Below, piece by piece: positions 38,742 to 53,361 of a DNA stretch of 64,000 nucleotides (the stretch's first letter is position 1; each line of letters opens with the position of its first letter). A model generated the notes under the pieces. The model did not search any database. It was not told where the DNA came from and saw nothing but the letters and a program-made list of their open reading frames with translations. The position numbers and the translations under genes were made by a program. The stretch comes from Eledone cirrhosa (taxonomy: Eukaryota), in the NCBI GenBank assembly GCA_964016885.1, contig OZ024741.1:96968001-97032000 (forward strand), written 5' to 3'.

Positions 38742-41480
38742 TCATTAGTTAAGCAAAACAAAACCAGACATTTCACAAGGAAGATATTATTAAAAGATTG
38801 TCAACATATTTTAGTTTGATGTAAGGAATGTAGAGAATAATAATAATATTAATAATAATAATGTCCGTTTACAATTCTTTCGCTACTCCATATAATGTTT
38901 CTGGTTCAAATGAGTACATATTATTATTGATCTGGTTCAGTTGAAAATAATTAACATATTTAAAAACAGAGCGGCTCATCGGAACTTCAAAGGAATGTAA
39001 ATTAAGATAAGGAGAGAATGTTACATAATGTAATGTTCCATATATTGGTATTTCACTATGGTGTCCTGGGTATATCAATTGTCAGCCATAATCAAGCAGT
39101 ATTCATCTGTCGAGGCTGCATTGTGTGAGATCTGCCTATGGGTAACAAGATTGTCGCCAATGGACATATTTACCTTACTAATTAGAGGGTGATTTCAGGG
39201 GAAGTAACGCCTCGAGAGATTAGAAATTGTGGGTAGTTTATAGTTAAGTGCTAATTTTTAATTTTTTAATTGAGAGACGATGTAGGGGAGGTAACTTATG
39301 ATTGTCTAGGTTAGTTATAGCTATTTAACTTATTAGCCACAAGTAAAAATGGGGCTAGATGACTATGTTGGGTCAAATATTCTGTTGGCGAAGGAATTAG
39401 CCCTTCGATGCTGACAGCTAATAGTTACCTCCGTTCCATCGTTAATCGGTAGAGGTCGTGATAGAGTTATGTAATATGCTTCGGTAATACAGAGATCACA
39501 AGATTTTCTTCGTCCATTGAACGGTTAGTGAGTGTCCAATGTTGGTTAATTTAAGGTTTTTAATGAGCCTAGCTAGAGATGTCGAACATCTGTTGTTTGG
39601 GTCTCGGAAGGAAAAAGAGTGCGCGTTATAGCGTACCTTAAAAGGGTTAGAGGTAGACTCGATATAGGAGCTGGTATTCGAAGCAGTTTTAACCGTGCGC
39701 CTATAGACTATGTTGGGTGTCATGCAGTGTCCATTTAGTTGGCATGCATTAGGGTAACGGCAGTTGCAGGTGCGTCTGCGGTTAGTGAGAGTAGGGTAGT
39801 TTAACCTAAGCGGTTGGTCAGTGTTAGAAGGATTAGATGGGGGAGGTGTACTACTAGAGTAAGTATTGGTGTAGTGGCGTGGTGTATTTGATAGGGGTGG
39901 TGGTACCGCGGTCTGGGAGTTATACTGTCTTAGTTTATGATGGTTATTGAATGCGATGTGGCTTGCTAGGTTAGGTTTTGTTGAGAATGAGATTTTAATG
40001 TTATTTTTATTAAAGAGTTTGTAATACCTATGGTTGGGGGGTAAATGCTTATATAGGATACAGAAGAAGCGTTTAGGGATATTAGTGGCTATATTAGATG
40101 AGAATGGGGGGTTAAGCCAGGTGATATTTCTAGGCCTATTCCTTCTAGGGGTTCTAGTGGAGTTGGTAGGGGCCTTCCTAGGGTTATTACCTGGGGATTT
40201 GTTATTTGTCATCCGATTTCTCATTCCTATTCTAGGGTTGATTTTTAGTTTGCTACTTGGAGTGGGGAGCAGGCCCCTGCCACCATTAAGGTTCCCTGTA
40301 TAGGTGCTGTAACTGCTAAAAATCCGGCGAATCTGGCTATATGCTAAGGTATTTCTAGTTCTAGTGTTACGTTTATTATGCTGAATTGCTATGTTATGGC
40401 ATTTGGGTATGTAGTAAATGGATTGTTCATAACCAGATTCAGAAAGAGCCTTATTATAATATTGTGCATGGTTTATAAATATCTCCTCATTTGTTGATAG
40501 CATGGAGATCCTATACGAGATAGATTTGATTACTGCTCTGATGACTGCCAGTGGGTGGTTAGAATGTGGGCTAATATATGTAAGTATTTCACCTGGTTTA
40601 TGGTAAGAGTAATATAGGTTATTGTTGAGATCCAGGGTGACGTCTAGGAAGTTTACTACTTTATGGTTCGGCTCGATGGTGATAGAGAGACCGTTATTTT
40701 TAAAGAATCTATGTCCCTTTATATTCCGCCTTGCAAGGGTTGGATTTCGGCTCTGATATTATATAATAGGTAAATTCCAACTAAATCGGTGATTTGCACA
40801 GAGTCACTTGAGCCCATCGTGATGTCAAAGTTATCTGTTCTGTCTTTTCTAGTCCAGAGTGCTCCGTTGAATTCAATCATGGTCTGCCTAGCCATAAGTA
40901 TGATGTCAATCTCATTATTGGTTATGTCCGAGTTGGTGCTGGCTAGGATTAATGCTTTGTTGAGCAGTTCCGGGGTTATTGAAGCGTAATAGCAGTTGAT
41001 GTCAAATTGGATGAACCTAATAGATTGCTTGGACCTTAGATCGGAGAACCATCTAATGACTTGGCCGGTGTTGGACCACAACTTGTAGGAGATATACTCC
41101 CGTAGCCCAGGGATGATCATATCAAGGATGTTCTTACTGATACGACCCAGGTCGGATGTGGTTGGGCTTATAAGTCTAATAGATGGGTTCTCTATAAAGT
41201 TTGGTTATGATCCTTGAGAGAGAACCTTGGGGTTGTAGGTACATAAGGGTGGGTAAATCTATCCAGATGCAAGTCTTTAACCAAAGCCTGGGCTTTTCGG
41301 TTAAGTACGTTTACACTAGAGGGTATAGTTTTTTTATAGTTTTTATTAAGTTCCTTAAGTAGGAAAGATTTGTAAGTTTCAGGAGTCATGGTGTATAGAT
41401 TTTTAGTTTTGTCAGACATAACATGTAAGAGGTGGCTATCTTTAAATTTTTTTTATAGTTGTTGCTAATTTAGTGAGGAA
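38740..41480 (-). mobile_element. Penelope-like retroelement (Hydra-type), disrupted RT plus GIY-YIG (coding 39496-41480)
   Basis: LKDH..IRLISPT, FIQFDINCYYASI, ITMGSSDSVQITDLVGIYLL, NFLDVTLDL, WLNPPFS, CNCx5C; YRDD region deleted. Confidence 0.92.
38867..38985 (-). ncRNA. degenerate hammerhead (family J) downstream of PLE ORF
   Basis: GUU CCGAUGA GCCGCUC..GAGUAGC GAAAGAAUUGUA AAC. Confidence 0.55.
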
Positions 41481-41627
41481 ATTATTCAGCCACCTAGCTG
41501 CTTTCTACTGCATATTGCACATTGAGCACATGCCTTTACGCTTTGGTTTCTAACTAATTCACCAATCTCTCCTATCTCCTCTCCTATCTCCATCTCTCTC
41601 TTTAACTGTGTATACACACATACACAC

Positions 41628-41662
<35 letters not shown>

Positions 41663-41737
41663 CATATACATACATACATACATACACATATATATACATA
41701 CATATAAACATATATATACATATATATATATATACAC

Positions 41738-41814
<77 letters not shown>

Positions 41815-41963
41815 CACATACACATATATATACATATATATACATACACATATATATATACATATACCTACATACACATACATATATACATATATATACA
41901 TAAATATCCACATATATATATACATATATACACATATATACATATATATATACATATACACAT

Positions 41964-42112
<149 letters not shown>

Positions 42113-42499
42113 CATATACATATATACATACACACACACACATATATATATATATACACATAAACATGCACAAACATGCCCATATGCAGGTACAAGTGAA
42201 CGCAAGTACACAAAGCGGTATGCATACAAACGAACGGCCACTCATGCAAGTACATACAAACATGTACTCATAAATATACGCATATACACAGGCACATAAA
42301 AACAGTTATACAAGTAGAAAATGCAGATAGGTAAGAGGTACTTACATAACCATAGTGCTGTGTTTCAGTTTGAGGGGGGGGGGAAGGAGGTAGAGGGGCT
42401 ATTTTGTCGGCTGGCGTTTACAAAAAAAAAAAGTGAAGTGGTTTTTAGCCATCGGGCATTAACACTGGCTTAAGGTATTTGAAAGTTTCAAAGTTTTTG

Positions 42500-44367
42500 T
42501 GCATGCAGTTGGGGCAGTGTTCAGAGAGTTTGTTCAATAGCGGGCCCTTGGCAAATACAATTTTGCAGCTCTCTGAGATACAAAGGTCGCAGCACTTGTG
42601 TCCTCCGTTGAATGAGGGCGGTTACTGAGGTATTTTCCATTTAAGCGTGAAGGGGGTGGAGTTCCCTTTGAAGTCCCAAACATAGGAGGTGAGTGTTGTC
42701 TGGTTTGATTTGTCTGGTCTTCTGAAGGAGTGGGTATGGGCATACCAACGGGTCTTAAAGTTGCTGGAACTCATGCCGATGTAAGTCTTTTTGTTGTTGC
42801 AATCATCGGTGCCTGAGTTGACATCGTATTTGTATACGATATCATTTGTCAGGCATTTGTTTTCAAGTCGGCAGGCTTCCTTATTGAGGCAATTACACAA
42901 GGCCCCAGTCCGGGGATTGGGTTCGGAGGTGGTTGGCTTATTTAATTTTTTAGAATTGTGATTGGCTATATTCCTAGCTTGGTTAGGTGCGGTGGAGTAG
43001 GAGAGTCTTTTTGTGTTCTTATTAAAGATCGTGTAGTACCTATTTTGTATGGGGAAGTGTGTATTCAGCAAAGTGAAGAAAATCCTAGCTATAGGTGTAG
43101 AGACCTCTCTATTAAAGAGAGGGTTGTACCAGCTAATCTGACTATGCCTATTACTCCTATGCAGTCTTGCGGTGGTTTCTAGTTAGGTTATCCTTTCTTT
43201 AAATCCGCTGCGGGCGAGGGCGTCATTGTAGTAGGAGGCAGATGCGTCAAAAATATCTTCATTGGCAGAGAGGCCAGAGATTCTAATAGAGACGCTTTTT
43301 ACTAAGTTATCAGTGATGTTTATGGGGTGGTTAGAATTAACATTAATATATCTAAGGGACTCATTAGGTTTGTGGTACGGGTAATAGAAGGAAGTATCTA
43401 GGTCGAGAGTGACATCTAAAAAGTTGGCCCTAGTCATATTAGATTCTATAGTTATACTGAATCCTTGATTACGGAAGTACGAGCTTAAGTTTCTCCGAAA
43501 CCCATCGGTGGTTCTGGGGTTAACCTTGTGCAGAGCGAAGAGGCCGTCGTCTCGGTATAAACATCCGGTTAGGCCAGTAAAGAGGTTCTTCAGGTGATGT
43601 AAAATGTACAGGCCCACAAGGTCGCTAATTTCAGCGGAGTCACTCTCTCCCATGCTGACGTCAAATGGGGTATGAGACTTCTTGCTGATCCAGTAAGATC
43701 CATCGTGGTATAGGAAGGTTTTACGGGCATGTAGGATAACATCTTGCTGAGCATCGTTTATGGTGTTAAAATTCCTTGCAAAGGTAATTGCGTCCTTCAG
43801 GAGGGGCTCCGAGATAGAAGCATAGTAGTTTTCTATGTCGAGTTGCAGGAGCGAGTGTGGAATTTGTCGGGTAATTCTTGGAACCAAGATATTGCCTGAG
43901 ATATTCTGCTCAAGAGTGGTGAGGAAACCCGCAATGATGGTAGAACTCTATCTAGGATCTTCTGACTGATAGAGCCGATGTCCCAACGAGTGGGGTTGAT
44001 AAGTCTGATTGATGGTTTGTTGAGGAAGTTTCCCTTATGGTCCTTCATGGTAAATTGCGGGATCTTTACCCTTAAAGGTTCGGTTCGGTCATGTAATTTA
44101 AGGGACTTGGCGATTTCTTTTCCGAGACATGAAGTTTAGGGGATTTTTTTATATTCCGCAATTCAGTATTTAAGTAGGCCTGGATTCGTGTGGCTGTTCT
44201 ACGAAATTTGATATCTTTGATCATCATGAAGAGGTCTTCTTCAAATGGTTCAAGTAGGCTGTTGGTGGGTGGCGCCTTATTCGTTTTGAAGCGGAAATTC
44301 TCATCATTGGTAGAGGCTACATCAGGGTTGTCAAGGAAGAAGTCTCTACATTTAATTCGCCTGATGA

Positions 44368-44370
<3 letters not shown>
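42500..44370 (-). mobile_element. Penelope-like retroelement (Hydra-type), frameshifted near-complete ORF
   Basis: N-term FIRRIKCRDFF..PFEEDLFMMIKDIKFR; KDHK..IRLINP; LDIENYYASI; MGESDSAEISDLVG; LYRDDGL; CNCx5C; IVY..YIG. Confidence 0.93.
43183..43887 (-). pseudogene. PLE reverse transcriptase core fragment
   Basis: Catalytic D and YRDD motifs present; flanked by frameshifts. Confidence 0.9.
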
Positions 44371-45242
<872 letters not shown>

Positions 45243-45456
45243 ATATATATATATATATGCTGCAACATTGACTTCGATTTGCAATATATATATATTGCAA
45301 TATATATACATTGCAGTATATATATATTGACTTCATCGGCATATTGTTTTAATATAGTTCACCTCCCATGGTACAATCATATTGAACAAGTCCCGATATC
45401 TCAATAGATATGTAAGTTGATATAGTTTGGAAGCATCATTGCACATATGAATTTGA

Positions 45457-45542
45457 ATATCTGACGCAATGTCGAGGAATAATCGGGCCCCGTTCATTAT
45501 GATTGTACTCTGACATGACCGATATAGAAACGACTGTAATAT
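45457..45542 (+). ncRNA. degenerate hammerhead (family K)
   Basis: AUAU CUGACGC AAUGUCG..CGAUAUA GAAACGACUGUA AUAU. Confidence 0.45.
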
Positions 45543-45688
45543 GCCAATAAAGTGTGTATTTATACTGCAACAGTGATTCCAATCCTACTTAAATTTATTT
45601 ACAATCTGCACACTAGAACTGCTTTAAATCTGCAATACTACACAACACACTACGGAGCATTCTAACGCCAGCGAGTGCCTAATTTGAC

Positions 45689-45724
<36 letters not shown>

Positions 45725-45947
45725 AATAAAGATTCAGCGAGAATCGCATTTCTGCGGGCAGGAAAAGCGAAGCGAAACGCAAAAATCAGAACTGATACTG
45801 GCAAAGTGCTCAATAGTTAAAAACCAGAGGTAAACAAAGTGTTAAGAAGCCATACAAAACTGAAAAGGTGGTCAAGAAGGCATTAACCACCCAAGCCAAA
45901 AACCATATCAAGCTAAACTGGTCAAAACAAAATAAATGATAAAAAAT

Positions 45948-45992
<45 letters not shown>

Positions 45993-45999
45993 GTATATA

Positions 46000-46063
<64 letters not shown>

Positions 46064-46453
46064 TACATATATACATATACACATATCAAGTTTAATATAG
46101 AAATGGCTGTTACAGGATTGGAACTGTTTTATTTAAAAGGAATCATCATGAAAAGCAAAGCATTTCCTAATGATTTCTTTTGCGAGACATGTAGAAGCTA
46201 TTTCTATATTAAACATGATGTTTACACTCTAGTAATATATTATGTGCATTACAATGTCTAGTTACCCCCGATTGAACCCGGGATTCACATATTTATATAT
46301 ATATAGACAAATACTGTTATAACTAAATTCACGGTGTATAAAAATTAATGCGTTGTAACGAAAAATTCTTTATAAAGCGTGGCCAGGGATTGAAAACAAA
46401 TCCATTATACTGAAAAATTAGTTATAGTGGTATTCGTTACAACTGAATTTTAC

Positions 46454-46492
<39 letters not shown>

Positions 46493-46519
46493 GATAGATA
46501 GATAGATAGATAGATATAC

Positions 46520-46787
46520 ACATAAATTCACCCACCAATTAATGGTAGGGTCCAAATAGTATGAAGAACTCAATGTAATCCGTATGTAGATGTCGTGAAG
46601 CAAAGTTTAAAATACAAATTTTCAACGATATAATTCATTGGAAGCAGAGTCAAAATAATACAAATAGTGAAAACAATGAAATTAATCAAAATACGGGTAA
46701 TTCATAGTAAAACTCATAGTAAAACGATCGTAAAATAATGAGTTTTACTATGAATTACCCATATTTTGTTTAATTTCATTGTTTTCA

Positions 46788-46790
<3 letters not shown>
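46520..46790. mobile_element. short head-to-head fold-back in (TA)n
   Basis: 46668-46717 inverted at 46738-46787; spacer holds aaaacgatcgta (HHR 3' half, compare 10560-10578). Confidence 0.75.
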
Positions 46791-46861
<71 letters not shown>

Positions 46862-46865
<4 letters not shown>

Positions 46866-47990
46866 CATTCCTTTTCTAAAAAGAGACCCAAGAATGAACA
46901 AAATCCTCCAAACACACAACATATTAAAAAAAGCAAAAGACAACCTAAATCCATAAAAAAACATCCTCACACATGTCAAAGTCCAACAGACCTCTCAATG
47001 AACCCTACAGTAACAAAATGCGGAAGGCCCAACTGTGGCATATGCATAAATCTAATAGAAGGTTCACAATTCCATTTTAAACAAGGACAACATTTCACAG
47101 TTAAACACAACTTTACATGTGCATCTGAAAACCTAATCTATGTTTTGACCTGCTCAGGTTGTCAAGAGGACTACATTGGACAGACAAAAACAGCCTCCGA
47201 CAACGTATGACCGTCCATAAATCACAAATCAAAATACAAGAATACAGAAAGATTGCGTTCAGTGAACATATCGCCAATTGTGCACCAAACCAACATCCAA
47301 ACTTTAAAATTTTCCTCATTTACAAATTCATAGACAACGCTACTTTCATCCATCGTACCAATAAGGAAACGTATTTCATCAACGAATTCCAACCTCTACT
47401 TAATGCACTAAACTTCGGACTAAACTAAAACTGGAACGAACAATGACACATTTACAAATACCTATGTCTCTCTAAAGAGTTACCTCCCTAACACCCTACC
47501 TAATCCTTTTTCTTAAATAAATTAAATATCATCCAGCATTTCTCTCCCACCCTGAATTACCTCCCCCTGCATATTAACTCTCTAAAAAGGAAATAATATC
47601 AAACCCCATTCCACAATTTGCCTCCATCATGGATCAACTAAGTACTCTTGCTATATTAACACATTTTGATCTGCTTATCTTCAAGAACTATGCCTGTAAA
47701 TAACATTATTTTTTCTTTCACATTGCCTTATTATGCTCCACATTACGTGCCTTTTATTCTTTTTTTCTTTTCTCGTCATAAACCTTGTTTGTAAATAACA
47801 TTATCCTTTCTGCACCATTTCTTTAACATGTCCAACACCACCATTCTACACCAATACATAATATTATCATTTGATAATGCATGAAAATGGTGAAACCGGT
47901 AATAGACAATTATTAAATATATAAATAAATAAATAAATGCCATTGTTAATTAATAAATAAATCAACTAATACCTTAACACTTCACACAAA
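46862..47990 (+). mobile_element. PLE 3' fragment (Neptune-type GIY-YIG, coding 46862-47428)
   Basis: CGRPNCGIC..FTCASENLIYVLTCSGCQEDYIGQT..LRQRMTVH..SEH..KETYFI..GLN, one frameshift. Confidence 0.88.
47868..47904 (+). ncRNA. minimal hammerhead (family L, U3-A8 core, stem II decayed)
   Basis: CAU UUGAUAA UGCAU-GAAA-AUGGU GAAACCGGUA AUA in the PLE 3' region. Confidence 0.55.
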
Positions 47991-48129
47991 GTAAAATATT
48001 TCGTTTTAATCATTTTCTAACCCAGAAAAAAAGAGAGAGAAAAATAAAAAGGGAAAAAAATATTTTTTTCTTCCTAATAATCGTCTTTTTCTACCTGTTT
48101 TCATATATATATATATATATATACTACAT

Positions 48130-48317
48130 AATTGTTTCTACTTTAGGCACAAGGCCAGCAAATACCCAGTGCATTACTGGTACTTTATTTTATCGACCTC
48201 GTAAGGATGAAAGGCTAAGTCAACCTCGGCGGGATTTGAACTCAGATTGTAAAGGGACGTAACTATGCTGGAAAGCATGGCGTCCGACTCTCTACCGATA
48301 CTGCCAATCTACCGCCC
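48130..48317 (-). mobile_element. SINE family A, full length
   Basis: Minus strand: A box tggcagtatcgg, B box gttcaaatcc. Confidence 0.92.
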
Positions 48318-51300
48318 TACATAATGCAATCTTTAATGTATCACCTGTCAAGTCACGAAATATTTCAAGGCTTTAGTGATAAAACTCATTGAAAAACTTT
48401 CATAGCGTTAAAATAATATTGTTCGTTAAATTCTGAACAAATTCATCTGACGAATATATACTCAGCACCTATATATATGAATTTTGTGGTAGTGTTTGTG
48501 GATAAGACATGGCCATCAAATATTCTAATTGGTTTTATTTGTTTGTTTGATTTCTCTTTGTCGATAAATTCATGTTTCGGATACAAATAGAATAGAAATA
48601 AAAATTTACTGATCGAAGAATCCCTTATACTCTGAAAAAGGTTCACCACCACCAGTGTTGTCGTTCTACACACTTAGTTCTAATTTATCGATGTCGTCTT
48701 TACTTATTATTTAGACCTGTCGATATTTGAGTAATATATAAAGCAACATTTTGATAAAATATTCCACTGAAATCTTTTCATTTAAAAAAAATATAGTTTG
48801 TTTCTTTGTCTATCGAAATTGATTTGAAATAAATTTCAGTAAGAAGTATATAATACATTCATCTAGGCCCCAGCGTTTGTTAATGTCTTACAAAGGGTAT
48901 ATTTCGATTATAAATGACTCATCGACATATTCACAGTTATATAATCTTTATTCTTCTTTGAATTATATTGTAGCCAAAGAAAACATACTCACTCTTTAAA
49001 TTTATTGGTGCACATATATATACATTCATATATACTCAGACACTAACTAACTGCATTATATACACTAACGCATGCATCCATATACAGGCATCCCCAAAAT
49101 ACACCCCCACACATACACACATGCACCCCCCCCCCCACGCATAACACACAATATCAGTAGCCATTTATTTTCTATCAATCTGTTCACTCTAGAATCTTTT
49201 TCACTGCTCAACAATGAGTAATCACTTGCCTCCAACATAATCTTTCTCTTACAACACAATGACGAACTACACGCCTCTATGCCATTCGTTCTCCAACAGT
49301 TTCTTTAATTGCTTCAATATAACAGTCAAATGACTGAATAGGGTTTCCCCGGTCGTTCTCTGCTACCCTAATTGTGTTTCCTTATCATAACAACCTGTAT
49401 CAAACGATCCTCTTACAATCAATACTACTCAACACACCCTGACCTGATCTCTCCCAGCTTACTACCGACTTTATAATTAATTTCCTTGAAGGAACGGTTT
49501 ACAAATTAAGGTTTCCTGTGTTATGCATTCCCAACACTTGCTGCACTTTTCTTACCTTCAGCACCATTTACCACCCCTTCTACAACCCACAACCCTCTAA
49601 CATCACCAGCACCATCACTACAACCATCAACACATCCGCCTATACCAATCTCACTACAAGACATTAATCTTCACTGTTTCTCCCGGTAAAAGAAAACATT
49701 GAGTACTACTAATGCCATCACCAGTAACAATCTATTGCAACCTAACTTACAAAACAAACATTAAAGACACCCAAATAGCATCACCACCATGAGAAACGCT
49801 CACACCCTCACAACCACCATTAACAGCAGTACTTCATATTTAGTTGATTAGTGACCACACGAGAAGACGCAACATTCAATAACATCATGTTTATCATTGT
49901 TATTCTTATAATCACTATCATCATTACTATCAATATTATCATCACCGTAATCACCATCTCCTTCCTGCTAATACTTCTTCCCATGCACCCAGTTTGTATA
50001 ATTCATACCATTCACTCCCTTGTTGTCATCGTCGTAGTTTTCATCGAAACGTTTCGATAGTAGTACTCAATCCTGAAACGCTTCCATGGCTTCGAAGTCG
50101 GTGAGAGGAAATTATTATTTGATCAATGAACTGAAATAAATGCAAGCATTAAATTGAAATTCGCTAAAAGCGCGAGATTAATTATATTAACTGTGAAATT
50201 ATAACGTAGACTGAAATATACCCTGCAATATACACGAATTCGTCGCTCTATCAACGTCCGCCAATCCTCTGTCCTGGTGGGTTACATTATTTGATCAATT
50301 TCGAAATGTCGAAATGCAAATTCGATCTAGGTCGAATTTGAATTCAAAGCGCAGAGAGTTAAAGATTTGAATATTTATAGATTTAATGATTCTCCCAATT
50401 CGCTGCTTTTTTGCTGGTGTTGTTGTATTTGATGTATTGCTAGTCATAAACTATACGCATTTTTTACGCTGTTTTATTATTTCATTTTTGCTGCAACGGC
50501 TCTTGTCATTGTCGTTCTTACCATAATTATTCTATCTTTTTAAATATGAGTAGTGCACAATTATTTAGTATGACAATTTCTTATTCGAAAGGGAAGGATT
50601 TATTTAATAAAGGTATGAGTCTTATTTATAATAGACGTGTCTTTCTCAGATACAAATTACCTACTTCAACGATTTCATGTTTCTTACATTACTATAACGA
50701 TAGAATATTATTTGAGATATACTGGGTTGTTATTTCTGACGGTAGCATTTGATAGCCTTCGTAGTAAATTTGATGGTGGCAACCTTACGTGTAGTAATGG
50801 TATAATTTTAATTTTTGTAAATTTGGTATTAATAAGTTTCGTTGAGGTAGGTTTGTTTAAAAATAGATTAAAATTCTTAATTCTTAAACAAGAAATAAAA
50901 CGACATTTCAGATAATGGAGTAATAGATGTAGTCTAGGATTGCATTACAACGAGTTCAGTACATGAATAGCCATCATTTTAGTCACTTAGAAGTATGACA
51001 GAAAATCTTATAAAGACAAGCAAAAAAGTCCGTGTGTTTTCCAGGTATAGTACATTTAAAATTTCTTCCATTGCATTTTTCCTCCTTTTTAATTGCAACT
51101 TAGTTGCTTTATTTCAAATTTAGTGTGTTGAATAGAAGTATGGATTGTTGTAGCCATAAAACAGAACGTTTTTTCTACAATTATAGTCAAAGTGATGGAT
51201 ATTTGTCAATATCGAAAAGGAAAGAGGGAGGTTAAAACGGCGTTTGCGAACAGAATTACATGGAAAGAGTTCGATGCAGTAAGGGGGTTTGTCCGGGATT

Positions 51301-51554
51301 CATTCAAATATACCTATACAAAAATGCGAATTGAGGAACAATATATATAGACAATAATCTAAACAATAAAAACAATAACAAACAAATGTCTTGATCATAC
51401 CCACATCATGAGATGGTTCTATTAAAAAATTTCAGATTTGTAGCCCTTTGAATATGCATGAATAATATATCGATGTAAAATGTTAAAGTAATAATAATAA
51501 TAATGATTATATTGTTATATGTACGTCTCTCTCTCTCTATATATATATATATAT

Positions 51555-51770
51555 CAGGAACGATCGACATTCGTCAAATCGGACCGAGGAAACGATGTGT
51601 CCGTTGGTCTTTCCAATTGCTAATACTATCTATCGGTCGCAACTCCAGGTGGAAGGAGCAACGTGAAATAAAGTATCTTTCTCAAGGACGTAACGCATCG
51701 CCCGGTCCGGGAATCGAACTCACAACCACACGATTGCGAATCAAATTATCCAACCATTATGCCACACGCC

Positions 51771-51839
<69 letters not shown>

Positions 51840-51995
51840 GTGAAGGCATGTGCCATAGCGGTTAGAGAATTGGATTCGCAATCGTGAGGTTGTGAGATCG
51901 ATCCCGGACCGGGCGATGCGTTATGTCCTTGAGTAAGACACTTCGGAAACATCGTTTCCTCGCTCCGATTTGACGAATGTCGATCGATCGTTCCT
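51555..51995. mobile_element. two SINE family B copies head to head (51555-51775 minus, 51840-51995 plus) around (TA)n
   Basis: tgaaggc..gtggcataatggtt..gagttcgattcccggaccgggcgatgcgtta on both arms. Confidence 0.9.
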
Positions 51996-52004
51996 TATAT
52001 ATAT

Positions 52005-52179
52005 AACGATGGAGTTGAGGTAAGGAAGCAGGTGGACCATAACGCACCAGAGTACTCAATACTTAGGATAGTAGAGTGGGTAATAGGAAAATGTATGACC
52101 ACGACGGCAGAGCTCGAGCCGTTTCGTTCGAAGCCGTCGAAACGGCTTGAGCTCTGCCGTCGGGCTCATACATTTTCCC

Positions 52180-52180
<1 letters not shown>
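52005..52180. mobile_element. mini head-to-head fold-back, family E variant
   Basis: ggaaaatgtatgac..gacggcagagctcgagccgtttcg inverted at 52138-52178. Confidence 0.88.
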
Positions 52181-52210
<30 letters not shown>

Positions 52211-52225
52211 TACATATATATATAA

Positions 52226-53182
52226 CTCTGCTGATGATCGATTCCAACCGTGACCATTCCCACTGAAAGTTTCGTGAAATAGTCTTTACGACTATACTGA
52301 GCATTGTAATTTTTCCAAATTGAAGGATGAGTATTTTAAACTTTATTTTCTTCTGAGATAAGGCTCTATTGATTTGTTTCTGGATTTCACCAAATTCTGT
52401 GGATGAATCTATATCCTGATTCTTTTGGAATTGAGTTTGAATTATTTTTCCACATCTTACATTAACTATTTTTCCATTTTGACGCTATAGTCACTTATAT
52501 ATTATGGAATACTGTTGGCTTCTTGCTACATTAATTTCTATACTTTTCATTTATATTTATACGCAGATTTCTTTCCTAGAGTGCTTAAAATTTATTTGTG
52601 ACTAATCCCAGTCTTTTAAAAAAAAAAAAACCGCGATAATATTGCTTTTTCTGAACTCCTTATATTGTAGAGTTTTTTTCGGAATGTTTTTGACTGTTGT
52701 TTCATGTAAACAGACATTCGTCTCATTCTGACGTCACCAGCCTGTCTCTACATGTGCGTTTTCCTTCATAATTACGCATGATGTTGAACTAGCCTGCTTT
52801 TAAATTCCCATTTTGGCATATTATAAACAGTCGTACTTTGGTTATCGTGTCTTTGAGCTCTGCTGATGATCGACTCCAACCGTGACCATGCCCTCTGAAA
52901 GTTTCCTGAAATAGTCTTTAAGACTATAAAGAGCATTGTAGTTTTTCCAAATTGAAGGATGAGTATATTAAAATTTATTTTATTCTGAGTTAAGGCTCTA
53001 TTGAATTTTTCCCTGGATTTCACCAAATTCTGTTGATGAATCTATATTCTGATTCTTTTGGAATTGAGTTTGAATTATTTTCCCACATCTTACGTTAACT
53101 ATTTTTCCATTTTGACGCTATAGTCACTTATATATTATGGAATACTATTGGCTTTCTTGCTACAATAATTTCTATACTTTTC

Positions 53183-53190
<8 letters not shown>
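52226..53190. repeat. about 330-bp direct repeats (52226-52556, 52858-53190) between TA tracts
   Basis: Both start ctctgctgatgatcga and end ttctatacttttcatttatat. Confidence 0.9.
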
Positions 53191-53262
<72 letters not shown>

Positions 53263-53319
53263 ATATATACATGTACATATATACATATACATATATACAT
53301 ACATATATACATATTTATT

Positions 53320-53356
<37 letters not shown>

Positions 53357-53361
<5 letters not shown>

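Noticed and set aside
45725-45820. Minus-strand UUGAGCA..GAAA hammerhead candidate
   Set aside because: Stem I and the cleavage triplet cannot be formed convincingly.
48130-48317. tRNA gene
   Set aside because: A and B boxes belong to a multi-copy SINE head; no cloverleaf.
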